Assembly: GCA_041576165.1 (NCBI GenBank)
Contig: JBFGLM010000008.1
Coordinates: forward strand, 32,001-96,000
DNA: 64,000 nt
Origin: Acidimicrobiia bacterium
Lineage (GTDB): Bacteria; Actinomycetota; Acidimicrobiia; Spongiisociales; Spongiisociaceae
Direction of reading: 5' to 3'
Below the pieces are notes generated by a model. That model searched no databases, was not told where the DNA came from, and saw only the letters and a program-made list of their open reading frames with translations. Positions within the stretch are counted from its first letter, which is position 1. Each line of letters opens with the position of its first letter. This document shows positions 1 to 9,337 of the stretch, piece by piece. A program made the translations under genes and the position numbers.

Positions 1-622
1 CGAGCAGCAAATCTGCGTGCGTGCCGGACGCAACACCCCCGTCTACGTACAGCCGGCCGTCGATTGCATACGGATTGAAGACCAGCGGGATGGCCGACGA
101 CGCAGCGACCGCGTCGGCTATCCCGGCTTCCGGAGCGCCGACGGTGCCGAATGCGACACGGCGTTTGGAGGCAACGTCGACCGCCACTACTGCGGTTGGC
201 CGGTCGGGCCATTGATCCCCGGCGCCGTCGCCGATCTGGGCCCGGACCCAGTCGGCTACACCCCCGGCGTCGTACACCGCGGGGGTACCGATGGTGAACG
301 TGACGCCCGGGGAAAGAACACCGGCGAGAACGCCGTGCCGGAGCCAGTTCACGACTTGGCGTTTTCCGCCCCGCCGGTAGATGGTCCGGCGAATTCGTCC
401 CGCTACCTGGTCGCGGGTTTCGTGCGGCCGGACTATCGCGTCGACGTTGAGCTTTCCGAACCGCACCGTGGCCGCGACCGAGGAGCCGGCGGAGGTGCCG
501 ACGATCACCTCTGCGTCGTTCGGATCCCATCCGGTGGCAAGCTGCACCGCCATGAGCGCCCCGAGTTGGTACGCGGCGCCGGTGATGCCGCCGCCACCAA
601 GGACGAGCCCTACCCTGTGCAT
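1..622 (-). CDS. Patatin-like phospholipase (3' end runs off the window)
   Basis: Not in the ORF track. Manual minus-strand translation from ATG 622 gives MHRVGLVLGGGGITGAAY...IVGTSAGS...YVDGGV, i.e. the patatin Gly-rich loop, GxSxG and DGG motifs. Confidence 0.9.
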   Translation of the reverse strand, partial: MHRVGLVLGGGGITGAAYQLGALMAVQLATGWDPNDAEVIVGTSAGSSVAATVRFGKLNVDAIVRPHETRDQVAGRIRRTIYRRGGKRQVVNWLRHGVLAGVLSPGVTFTIGTPAVYDAGGVADWVRAQIGDGAGDQWPDRPTAVVAVDVASKRRVAFGTVGAPEAGIADAVAASSAIPLVFNPYAIDGRLYVDGGVASGTHADLLL

Positions 623-722
623 ATAGCGAGCTTAGGCAAGGTCGTGTGCGCTTTCGTAGTGTCTAGTCAGCCCATTTGTAGAGTTAGTCAGCCGATTCGC
701 ACAGCTGGCCGGAACGCAGCCA

Positions 723-1637
723 ATGGTGCGTGAGCTGCGTGAGCTACGCACGCCGGACGACCTGCCGCAATTGGAACACCTCTTTCGAGCTGTGCATGCG
801 GCGGACGGCCACTGGCCACTCGGAGAGCAGAAATACCTCGACCTTCAGCGGGGGCTCGGCCGGGAGTCGGAAGGGGTGGTCGCGCTGGTCGATGGCCGCA
901 TCCACGGTTACTTGCATCTGACACCAAATCGGGATCCGGGCGGCTGGGGGATGGAACTAGCCATCGACCCCGACGTTCGTGACCGACCCGTCCTGGAAGC
1001 GCTGCTGGCCGCCGCTCAGGGGCGCGTGCGGGCGGCGGATGGGAGTTCCCTCAGCTACTGGCTGTACAACCAGGAGCCACCGCCTGCGCTGGCAGAGCAT
1101 GGGTTTGAGCCAGACCGTGAACTTCACCAGCTGCGGCGACGGCTGCCGGTTGATGAACAGGCTGTGGTCCCGGCCGGATTCGAAGTCCGTGGTTTCCGGC
1201 CCGGTCACGACGAGGAGCAATGGCTCAGGGTCAACAACCGCGCGTTTGCCGGCCATCCTGAGAATGGCAACTGGACGGCGGCCATCCTGGCCGAGCGAAT
1301 GGCGGTCGACTGGTTCGATCCAGATGGACTTCGCACTGCGTGGCACGGCGATCAAATGGCTGCGTTCAATTGGACAAAAGTGCATCACGACGGCTCGGGC
1401 GAGATCTACGTCATCGCCGTCCACCCCGAGTTCCAGGGCCAGGGGTTAGGGCGGGCAATCGCAGTCGATGGCCTCGATCATCTACACCGGGTTGGCGGCT
1501 GCGGGGAGGCATCGCTGTATGTCGACGCCGCCAACGTCGGTGGGCTGGCGCTGTACAACCGGCTGGGATTTGAGCTCGATCACACCGATCGGGCGTTCCG
1601 CTGGACGGTTCCGACCGCCGATGTCAGGGAACAGTGA
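723..1637 (+). CDS. mshD: Mycothiol synthase (tandem GNAT acetyltransferase)
   Basis: Two GNAT domains; WLRVNNRAFAGHPENGNW, FNWTKVH, GEIYVIAVHP, QGQGLGR and LYVDAAN motifs typical of MshD. Confidence 0.88.
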   Translation: MVRELRELRTPDDLPQLEHLFRAVHAADGHWPLGEQKYLDLQRGLGRESEGVVALVDGRIHGYLHLTPNRDPGGWGMELAIDPDVRDRPVLEALLAAAQGRVRAADGSSLSYWLYNQEPPPALAEHGFEPDRELHQLRRRLPVDEQAVVPAGFEVRGFRPGHDEEQWLRVNNRAFAGHPENGNWTAAILAERMAVDWFDPDGLRTAWHGDQMAAFNWTKVHHDGSGEIYVIAVHPEFQGQGLGRAIAVDGLDHLHRVGGCGEASLYVDAANVGGLALYNRLGFELDHTDRAFRWTVPTADVREQ

Positions 1638-1836
1638 TCGAGTCCAGCCTGCCGAACGCACGTCCACAATCCTGGCAGTGAGTGTCCGTCTCGAGTGTCG
1701 CCGCGCGGCACCAAGGACAGGGCAGGTCCGCCGAGGCCGCCGATCGCACCCGTCTGCCGCCGGTTCGGGCAAGGTTCCCCCGGATGGTTATGACTGCGGC
1801 CGCCAGTACCGCACAGGTCAACAGCAGTTCGAACAT
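1624..1836 (-). CDS. Small membrane-anchored zinc-ribbon protein
   Basis: 70 aa; N-terminal hydrophobic helix then CPWC-x10-CQDC; GAGGAG RBS upstream on the minus strand. Confidence 0.6.
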   Translation of the reverse strand: MFELLLTCAVLAAAVITIRGNLARTGGRRVRSAASADLPCPWCRAATLETDTHCQDCGRAFGRLDSITVP

Positions 1837-1942
1837 GTGCTCTCCTCGCTCGGGCCAGCCGCACGCTACCGCTGGTCGCGCTGAGAGTGGTGGATTTCGC
1901 GCTGTACACGTTCGCGACCGGGGTGGGAGCGCGAGCCGGGCG

Positions 1943-2770
1943 TCACTCCACCATCACAGAGAGTTGATCGACCATGTAGGCCAGGTCGGTCAGTGGACCG
2001 TCTCTCGTTTCCGCCTGGGTGAGGAGATACGAGCCGGCGTGATAGGCGACCCAGGACCGCATCGCGTCGTCGCTCATCATGCGCCCGTAGCCCTCGGTGA
2101 GCGCCTCACCGGCGTGAACCCCCACGTCGAGGCTCGTCATCCACACAGCCAGCGAATAGTCCCACTCTGGCGGTGCCAGAGTTGCCCAGCCCCAATTGAT
2201 CAGTGTCACTCGACCGTCGTCGGCCACCAGGAACTTGGCTGGCGTCGGGCGAGTATGGGCGGCGCGAGGCTCAGAAGCAATCGGTGGCGGCGCTGCGAGA
2301 GCGCTGTCGATCAGCTCGGCCGGCAGATTGAGCCGCCGCCGGTAGCGGCGGAGCCGGTCGAACACGGTGACGAACTCGGATCGCAGCCAGTATTCGTCGA
2401 TTCCGCCGGCGAGGTTGGTCAGTAGACCGGGATCGGCCTCGTGGAGGCGCCGCAGGATGGCGCCGGCTTTGCGAGCCGACGTCATGTTCTCTGGCATTGT
2501 CTGCAGGCTCCACTTGCCGCCATCGACGAATTGGGCCCACCAGTACTCGCCTTCGTTGCCGCGGTCCAGCACCTCGGGCACTCCGTCGATGCCGCCGAGA
2601 GCATCGAGCGCATGCTGCTCCCGCCTATACCGGCCATCATTGCCGTAGATCTTGACGATCGTGGTTCCACCGGTCGACCAGAGGCGGTAGTGGGTATCGG
2701 CACCGCTGGTCAACTGCTGGTATCGACCACCCTGCGCAATACGTCTGACGATGTCTTCCATCTTTTCCAT
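1943..2770 (-). CDS. Aminoglycoside phosphotransferase/choline kinase-fold protein with degenerate catalytic motifs
   Basis: IVKIY, REQHAL, VPEVL, GAILRRLH and PPEWDY fit the APH fold; HxDxxxxN reads HTRPTPAK and IDW reads INW. Confidence 0.75.
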   Translation of the reverse strand: MEKMEDIVRRIAQGGRYQQLTSGADTHYRLWSTGGTTIVKIYGNDGRYRREQHALDALGGIDGVPEVLDRGNEGEYWWAQFVDGGKWSLQTMPENMTSARKAGAILRRLHEADPGLLTNLAGGIDEYWLRSEFVTVFDRLRRYRRRLNLPAELIDSALAAPPPIASEPRAAHTRPTPAKFLVADDGRVTLINWGWATLAPPEWDYSLAVWMTSLDVGVHAGEALTEGYGRMMSDDAMRSWVAYHAGSYLLTQAETRDGPLTDLAYMVDQLSVMVE

Positions 2771-2850
2771 GGGCGCCCTCGTTGAAAACTCGGCAAAGTG
2801 GCCGCGGTCGCTCGATTACCCTACCGACTCCTTATCGAACAGTTGGAGCG

Positions 2851-4788
2851 ATGGCTATAGAGCTCACTTATCCCGACGGCAGCACCGCAGAATTCGAGGA
2901 TGGAACCTCCGGTGCTGACGTTGCGGCCTCCATCGGCCCGCGCCTCGCCAGGGCCGCGGTGGCAGTGAAGCTCGATGGCGAGCTACTCGACCTCGACCGT
3001 CCGCTACCAAATGGGGGCAGGTTCGAAGTGGTTACGGATTCAACCGACGAAGGTCGCTCGGTCCTGCGGCATTCGGCCGCCCATGTTCTGGCCCAAGCGG
3101 TGCTCGCCCTGTTCGACAACGCCACCTTTGCGATCGGGCCGCCCATCACGGACGGCTTCTACTACGACTTCGACATTGGCCGGCCGTTCACGCCCGAGGA
3201 TATCGACGCCATCGAGGAGAAGATGCAAGAGATCATTGCGGCGGACCAGCCATTCATCCGCGATGAGATGTCACGGGACGAAGGCCTCCGGCTGTTTGCC
3301 GAACATCCCTTCAAACGCGAGATCATCGAATCGGTCGACGAAAGCGAGGTTGGGGCGGGCGGGACCGTCTCGGTGTACCGCAACAATGGCTTCGTCGACC
3401 TGTGCCGCGGCCCGCATGTCCCGTCGACCGGCCATCTCCAGGCGGTGAAGCTGCTGCGCTCGGCCGGCGCGTACTGGCGCGGTGACGAACACCGGCCTCA
3501 GCTCCAACGAATCTACGGCACTGCCTGGGAATCCCCGCAGGCACTCGCGGACTATCTCCACCGCCTCGAGGAAGCCGAGAAACGCGACCATCGCAAACTC
3601 GGCCGGGAACTCGACCTCTATTCGTTTCCCCCCAACCTGGGCGGTGGGCTGGCGGTATGGCACCCGAAAGGCGGCATGCTCCGCAAACAGGTCGAGGACT
3701 ACAGCCGCCGGATCCATGAGGAATTCGACTTCGATTTCGTCTATTCGCCCCACCTCGCCCGCTCCCAGCTGTGGCAGACATCGGGGCATCTGGACTTCTA
3801 CGCCGAGCTGATGTATCCGGGCATGGAGCTCGACGAGTCGGAGGAGTATCGGGTCAAGCCCATGAACTGCCCGTTCCACGTGATGATCTACCAATCGGAG
3901 GCGCGGTCGTATCGCGATCTACCGCTGCGCTTGGGTGAGTTGGGTGCGGTCTATCGCTATGAGATGTCGGGTGTACTGCACGGGTTGTTGCGTGCCCGCG
4001 GCTTCACCCAGGACGATTCGCACACTTTCTGTACGAGCGAACAAATGGCGGACGAGCTCGCAATGCACCTCGACTTCGTTCTGAGCCTGCTGCGCGATTT
4101 CGGTTTCGAGGAATTCGAGGCGGACCTGTCGACTCGCCCGGACGACAAGTGGGTGGGGACAATCGAGGAGTGGGACAGGGCTACCGAGGCGCTGAGGCAG
4201 GCGCTGGAGGGCAGTCCACTTCCGTCATTCCGCATCGCCGAGGGGGAGGGCGCCTTCTACGGGCCCAAGATCGACATTCACATAACCGATGCGATCGGCC
4301 GCCGCTGGCAGATGTCGACCATCCAGGTGGACTTCAACCTGCCGCAGCGGTTCGAGCTGGAATACATCACCGCCGCCGACACCCGGGAGCGGCCGGTGAT
4401 GATCCACTCCGCCAAGTTCGGATCGCTGGAGCGCTTCATAGGCATTCTCGTGGAGCACTACGCAGGGGCTTTTCCGATGTGGCTCTCACCGGTGCAGGCG
4501 GTGGTGGTACCGGTCGCCGACCGCCACGTCGAATACGCAGGGCGAGTGGCGGGTCAGCTCCGCGAACGGGGAGGTCTGCGGGTGGAGGTTGAGGCCGGGT
4601 CGGGCAAGCTGGGTGAAAAGGTCCGACGGGCTATCACCACCAAGACCCCGGCCATCCTCGTCGTGGGAGACAGCGACGTGGACAATTCCACTGCCGGCCT
4701 GCGCTTGCGCGGGGAAGACGAGGAGCGGGGGGTCGGACTGGACGATGTCGTCCAGCGGCTCAGCAAGGCAGCCGCGCCACCCCGCTGA
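2851..4788 (+). CDS. thrS: Threonine--tRNA ligase
   Basis: TGS domain, RHSAAH, DLCRGPH, RDHRKLG, KPMNCP, FYGPKID; ATG 2851 preceded by GGAG. Confidence 0.98.
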   Translation: MAIELTYPDGSTAEFEDGTSGADVAASIGPRLARAAVAVKLDGELLDLDRPLPNGGRFEVVTDSTDEGRSVLRHSAAHVLAQAVLALFDNATFAIGPPITDGFYYDFDIGRPFTPEDIDAIEEKMQEIIAADQPFIRDEMSRDEGLRLFAEHPFKREIIESVDESEVGAGGTVSVYRNNGFVDLCRGPHVPSTGHLQAVKLLRSAGAYWRGDEHRPQLQRIYGTAWESPQALADYLHRLEEAEKRDHRKLGRELDLYSFPPNLGGGLAVWHPKGGMLRKQVEDYSRRIHEEFDFDFVYSPHLARSQLWQTSGHLDFYAELMYPGMELDESEEYRVKPMNCPFHVMIYQSEARSYRDLPLRLGELGAVYRYEMSGVLHGLLRARGFTQDDSHTFCTSEQMADELAMHLDFVLSLLRDFGFEEFEADLSTRPDDKWVGTIEEWDRATEALRQALEGSPLPSFRIAEGEGAFYGPKIDIHITDAIGRRWQMSTIQVDFNLPQRFELEYITAADTRERPVMIHSAKFGSLERFIGILVEHYAGAFPMWLSPVQAVVVPVADRHVEYAGRVAGQLRERGGLRVEVEAGSGKLGEKVRRAITTKTPAILVVGDSDVDNSTAGLRLRGEDEERGVGLDDVVQRLSKAAAPPR

Positions 4789-4829
4789 CCCACCCGGATG
4801 ACCGGCCCGAGTCGGCGGGTCGGCGTGCC

Positions 4830-5294
4830 TCAGATGGCCTCGACGTAGGGAGCATCGACTAGGTCGCCGCTTTGCCCGTCCAACCGCACCAGCGCTCGCT
4901 GGGATGGCGGCTCGTCGGCTGCGTACACGATCACGTTCCACACCGGTTTCGAACGCCATCCTTCGAAGCCGACGGCGGCTGATACATGTCCGACGGGGAA
5001 CTCGATGGCCCGGGCCGCCCGGCCGAGTGCGTCTTCTTGTCGAATCGCCAGGTCCCACGCCGATATCCAGTGGTACGCCGCCAGCAGTACGAAGCCAGCG
5101 CAGATCGCCCGGTAGCCGGGCGTGACCGCAGCTGTCGCCCACCCGGCGAACGCCGCCCCGGCCAGGTACAAGTACGCAGCGAGCCGCCGGCGACGCGGAT
5201 TCGGGAACGCGTACGGACCGACGATGCTGGAGTCGAGATCCTCTGGCACGCCTTCTGCGTCGGCGATCTCCTGGGGGATCTCGATCGGTTCCAT
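4830..5294 (-). CDS. Hypothetical membrane protein (two TM helices)
   Basis: ATG at 5294 overlaps the citrate synthase stop; two hydrophobic segments then a small soluble domain. Confidence 0.7.
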   Translation of the reverse strand: MEPIEIPQEIADAEGVPEDLDSSIVGPYAFPNPRRRRLAAYLYLAGAAFAGWATAAVTPGYRAICAGFVLLAAYHWISAWDLAIRQEDALGRAARAIEFPVGHVSAAVGFEGWRSKPVWNVIVYAADEPPSQRALVRLDGQSGDLVDAPYVEAI

Positions 5295-6583
5295 CAGCGC
5301 TGATCTATCGGGACGTAGTCCCGCAGCGGGACACCGGTGTACACCTGGCGGGGTCGCTGGATGCGGGTGTTCGGATTCACGATCATCTCTCGCCACTGGG
5401 CGAGCCATCCCGGCAGGCGACCAATCGCAAACAGCACTGTGAACATCTCGACCGGGAATCCCATCGCCCGGTAGATGATGCCCGAGTAGAAGTCGACGTT
5501 CGGATAGAGCTTGCGCTCCGCGAAGTAGTCGTCTTCGAGCGCGACTTGCTCGAGTTCGAGCGCCATCTCCAGCACTGGGTCGTGCATGTGGAGCTCGTCG
5601 AGGACCTCCTGGGCGTATCCCTTGATCAGCCGCGCCCGAGGATCGAAGTTTTTGTACACCCGATGTCCGAAGCCCATCAACCGGAACGGGTCATCGCGAT
5701 CCTTGGCCTTGGCGATGTATTTCTGGGTGTCACCCCCCTCGGCGATCATCGCGTCCAGCATCTCGAGCACCCGCTGGTTGGCGCCGCCGTGCAGTGGGCC
5801 GGAGAGCGCGTGGATGCCGGATGCGATGCAGGAAAACACATTGGCCTGGCCGGACCCGACCAGCCGCACAGCCGACGTCGACAGGTTCTGACCGTGGTCG
5901 GCGTGCAGGATGAACAGCACGTCGAGGGCCCGAGCCATGGCGGGGCTCACCTTGAACTCCTCAACGGGTAGAGCGAACATCATGTGGAGAAAATTCGTCG
6001 AATAATCCAGATCGTTCCGCGGATAGACGTAGGCCTGTGACATCCGATACTTGTAGGCCCAGGCGCTGATCGTTGGCAGCTTGGCGAGGAGCCGACGAGC
6101 CGATATGTCTCGGGCCTCAGCGTCGAGCGGATCGAGGGCATCTGGGTAGTACGAAGCCAAAGCAGAGACCGCCGAGGCGACCATCTGCATCGGATGGGCC
6201 CCGGTCGGGAACGCTTCAAACAGGTGACGCATGTCCTCGCGGATCAGGGTATGGGTATGGATATCTTGCACCCATGCGCCGAGCTCCGTGGGTGTCGGGA
6301 GCTCGCCGTGATACAGCAAGTACGCCACCTCGAGGAACGAGCTGTGTTCCACCAGCTGCTCGATGGGATACCCCCCATGACGTAGGATCCCGGCTTCTCC
6401 GTCCAGGTACGTCACCGAACTCTCGGTTTCGGCAGTGTTGGCGTAGCCCCTGTCGAAAGTTATCAAGCCGGTCTCGGAGCGCAGCCGGCTGATGTCGATC
6501 GCCTTCTCGGTAGTAGTCGACTCCACTACGGGCAAGTGAGCGGACGTGTCGCCAAACTCGAGTGTGGCCTCCGGATTACTCAT
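5294..6583 (-). CDS. gltA: Citrate synthase
   Basis: ILHADHGQN, GPLHGGAN, LMGFGHRVYKNFDPR, LYPNVDFYSG motifs. Confidence 0.97.
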   Translation of the reverse strand: MSNPEATLEFGDTSAHLPVVESTTTEKAIDISRLRSETGLITFDRGYANTAETESSVTYLDGEAGILRHGGYPIEQLVEHSSFLEVAYLLYHGELPTPTELGAWVQDIHTHTLIREDMRHLFEAFPTGAHPMQMVASAVSALASYYPDALDPLDAEARDISARRLLAKLPTISAWAYKYRMSQAYVYPRNDLDYSTNFLHMMFALPVEEFKVSPAMARALDVLFILHADHGQNLSTSAVRLVGSGQANVFSCIASGIHALSGPLHGGANQRVLEMLDAMIAEGGDTQKYIAKAKDRDDPFRLMGFGHRVYKNFDPRARLIKGYAQEVLDELHMHDPVLEMALELEQVALEDDYFAERKLYPNVDFYSGIIYRAMGFPVEMFTVLFAIGRLPGWLAQWREMIVNPNTRIQRPRQVYTGVPLRDYVPIDQR

Positions 6584-6604
6584 TGATGCTCGTTCTCCCT
6601 CAGA

Positions 6605-8653
6605 TCACTCGTCTGTCACTTTGGCCGCAGCCACCACTCGATCTACCACCTGTGGTGGCGCCGGCTCGTAGTGCGAAAACTCGATGGTAAAGGTGCCGCG
6701 ACCACCGGTCATCGAGCGAAGATCAACCGAGTACCGTTGCATCTCGCCCATCGGAACCTCCGCCGAGACTATTCGCCCCCCGCCCTCAGCGTCCATGCCG
6801 AGCACCCGGCCGCGTTTGGCATTGATGTCGCCGATCACGTCCCCCGTGTATTCGTCGGGCACCCGGACCGACACCCGACCAATCGGTTCGAGGATCGTCG
6901 GGCTCAGCTGCCGGCCGGCCTCCCGCACCGCCATGATCCCGGCCATCCGAAACGACATCTCGTCCGAGTCCACCGAGTGGTACTTGCCGTCGTACACCGT
7001 CGCCTTTACGTCGACGACCTGGTATCCAGCGATGATCCCGCGCCGTAGCGCCTCCTGGATGCCCTTGTCGACCGCCGGAATCAGGTTGCGGGGAATGGAT
7101 CCGCCTTTGATGGCATCGACGAACTCGTAGCCAGACCCGCGTTCGTTGGGCTCGAACTTCACGTAGGCCACTCCGAATTGACCGCGTCCACCGGACTGTT
7201 TCTTGTGTTTGCCCTCCACGTCGGCCTGACCGAGGATGGTTTCACGGTACGGAATTGTCGGGATGCCGGTGGTGATCTCCACACCGAACTTGCGGGCGAT
7301 GCGGGCGAGTGTGACATCGACATGCGCCTCTCCCAGCCCCGACATCACCGTTTCGTTGGATTCGGCGCGACGCTCCACAATCAAAGTGGGATCCTCTTCC
7401 TGGGCCCTCGACAGAGCGGTGGAGAGTTTGTCCTCGTCCTGATTTGACTTAGGGGCGACCGTCACCTCGTGGACCGGCCTGGGCATAGTGACCGGCTCGA
7501 TCACAACGTCGCTCCCCGGCGAGCGAAGTGTGTCACCGACCCTGACATCATCCAGCTTGGCAACTGCGGCGATGTCCCCGGTGCCGACGGTCTTGGTGTC
7601 GTTGTGTTCTTTGCCGTGCACGAAGAACAAGTTGGACATCTTGACGCGGCCGCCACCAGCCCGCTCCAGATCAGCATCAGCTGAGACGGTGCCCGAGTAC
7701 ACCCGGAACAAATTGATCCGCCCGACGTATTGGTCGCCGGTGGTCTTGAACACATATGCGGCCGACGGACCGCCGCTCACGGCTGTCAGTTCGCCCGCCG
7801 AGGTCTTCGGCATCGGTACTTCGAGCGGATTGGGACCGAAGTCGATGACGAACTCGGCGAGCGTGTCGATCCCGATCATCTTTCCGGCCGATCCGACCAT
7901 GACCGGATAGATGTCGCCCTTGAGCAGGCCGGCGTGGATGACCTCCACCATCTTGTCGCGGCTGGGCTCCTCACCTTCGAAATACGCTTCGAGCAGTTCG
8001 TCATCGGTTTCGACCACTGCCTCTACCAGGGCGGTGTGCGCTTCCTCCACCGTTTTGGCGACCGAGTCGGGCATCTCTGCTGCACTGCCCGTCGGTGAAC
8101 CGGCCGTATAGGTATACGCACGCTGCGATACCACCCTGACGATCCCGCTGAGATCGTCCTCCTCACCGATCGGCACCTGGATTGGGGCGACCCGCTTCCC
8201 GAAGATGTTTTTGAGCTGATCGAGGGTGCGGGTGAAAGAGGCCCGCTCGCGATCGAGCTTGTTGATGAAGATCGCCCGGGCGATCCCCTCCTGGCCGGCG
8301 ATGTCCCACAGCAGCTCGGTCTGAACCTCGACACCGTCGACTGCTGAAACCACGAAGACGGCAAGGTCGGCGGCCCGCAGGGCGGATCGAGCGTCGCCAA
8401 TGAAGTCGGCGTAACCAGGAGAGTCGATGATGTTGACCTTGTGGCCGCTGCGTTCGATCGAGGCGACGGACAGTCCGAGCGAGATCTTGCGTTCGATTTC
8501 CTCCGGTTCGTAGTCCATCACAGTGTTGCCGTCGTCCACGCGTCCGGCCCGGGTGGTCCGGCCTGCCGCAAACAGCAGTGTTTCAGCGATTGAGGTCTTG
8601 CCTGAGCCGCCGTGTCCGACCAGGGCGATATTGCGGATCTTCTCGGGGTCCAC
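6605..8653 (-). CDS. Elongation factor G-like protein (EF-G2 type)
   Basis: GHGGSGKTS G1 variant, DSPG, NKLD, KHKKQSGGRGQFG, YHSVDSDEMSF, LRSMTGGRG. Confidence 0.93.
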   Translation of the reverse strand: MDPEKIRNIALVGHGGSGKTSIAETLLFAAGRTTRAGRVDDGNTVMDYEPEEIERKISLGLSVASIERSGHKVNIIDSPGYADFIGDARSALRAADLAVFVVSAVDGVEVQTELLWDIAGQEGIARAIFINKLDRERASFTRTLDQLKNIFGKRVAPIQVPIGEEDDLSGIVRVVSQRAYTYTAGSPTGSAAEMPDSVAKTVEEAHTALVEAVVETDDELLEAYFEGEEPSRDKMVEVIHAGLLKGDIYPVMVGSAGKMIGIDTLAEFVIDFGPNPLEVPMPKTSAGELTAVSGGPSAAYVFKTTGDQYVGRINLFRVYSGTVSADADLERAGGGRVKMSNLFFVHGKEHNDTKTVGTGDIAAVAKLDDVRVGDTLRSPGSDVVIEPVTMPRPVHEVTVAPKSNQDEDKLSTALSRAQEEDPTLIVERRAESNETVMSGLGEAHVDVTLARIARKFGVEITTGIPTIPYRETILGQADVEGKHKKQSGGRGQFGVAYVKFEPNERGSGYEFVDAIKGGSIPRNLIPAVDKGIQEALRRGIIAGYQVVDVKATVYDGKYHSVDSDEMSFRMAGIMAVREAGRQLSPTILEPIGRVSVRVPDEYTGDVIGDINAKRGRVLGMDAEGGGRIVSAEVPMGEMQRYSVDLRSMTGGRGTFTIEFSHYEPAPPQVVDRVVAAAKVTDE

Positions 8654-8743
8654 CTCTTCTCCTTACCTCAACCGTGCCAGGAGTGTAGTGATGCCTTTCG
8701 GGTCGGGGACCTGTGGTACCTTGACGTGTCCAAGGGAGGTCTC

Positions 8744-9337
8744 TTGATCGAACTCCGGGTCCGGCATCGGATCGACATCATCGTCATTCCGATCGGGCAA
8801 ACCCTCGCCAAGATCGGGATCCGGCCGATTCATCTGACCCTGGGCGGCCTGTTCGTCACATTGCTCGGGGCCGTGCTCCTGGCCTCGGGGGAGACCATCG
8901 TCGGCCCGATCTTGATGCTCGGCGGTTCTGCACTCGATGGTCTCGACGGGGCGGTGGCACGGGCCGCCGGCACCGCGTCGGCGCGTGGCGCCTTGATTGA
9001 TTCGATATCGGATCGGATCGGTGAAACCGCCATGTTCGCGGCCTGTGCATTCTGGCTGACCTCCAAGGCCAGCCCCAGCGAAGGGGACCCGGCGCTGGTC
9101 CTCTTGACCGTGTTGAGCTTGGGGGCGGCCCTGCTGGTGTCGTACATGCGGGCGAAAGCCGAGACGACCGGAGTTGACGGTCGGGGTGGTCTCATGGGCC
9201 GGGCAGAACGGGTCATCCTGTTCACCGCGGGTTTCATGTCGGGACAAGTGACGGTCATGTTGTGGCTCATGGCCATCCTCACGTGGTTGACCGTCGGACA
9301 GCGCTTCTGGAAGACCTGGCAGCAGCTCGAAGGGTGA
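8744..9337 (+). CDS. pgsA: CDP-alcohol phosphatidyltransferase (phosphatidylinositol phosphate synthase)
   Basis: DGLDGAVAR...GALIDSISDR motif; TTG 8744 after GGAGGT; first gene of the PIM cluster. Confidence 0.88.
   Translation: MIELRVRHRIDIIVIPIGQTLAKIGIRPIHLTLGGLFVTLLGAVLLASGETIVGPILMLGGSALDGLDGAVARAAGTASARGALIDSISDRIGETAMFAACAFWLTSKASPSEGDPALVLLTVLSLGAALLVSYMRAKAETTGVDGRGGLMGRAERVILFTAGFMSGQVTVMLWLMAILTWLTVGQRFWKTWQQLEG

Noticed and set aside
17-733. 238-aa plus-strand ORF in the track
   Set aside because: Antisense shadow of the minus-strand patatin gene, which carries the real motifs.
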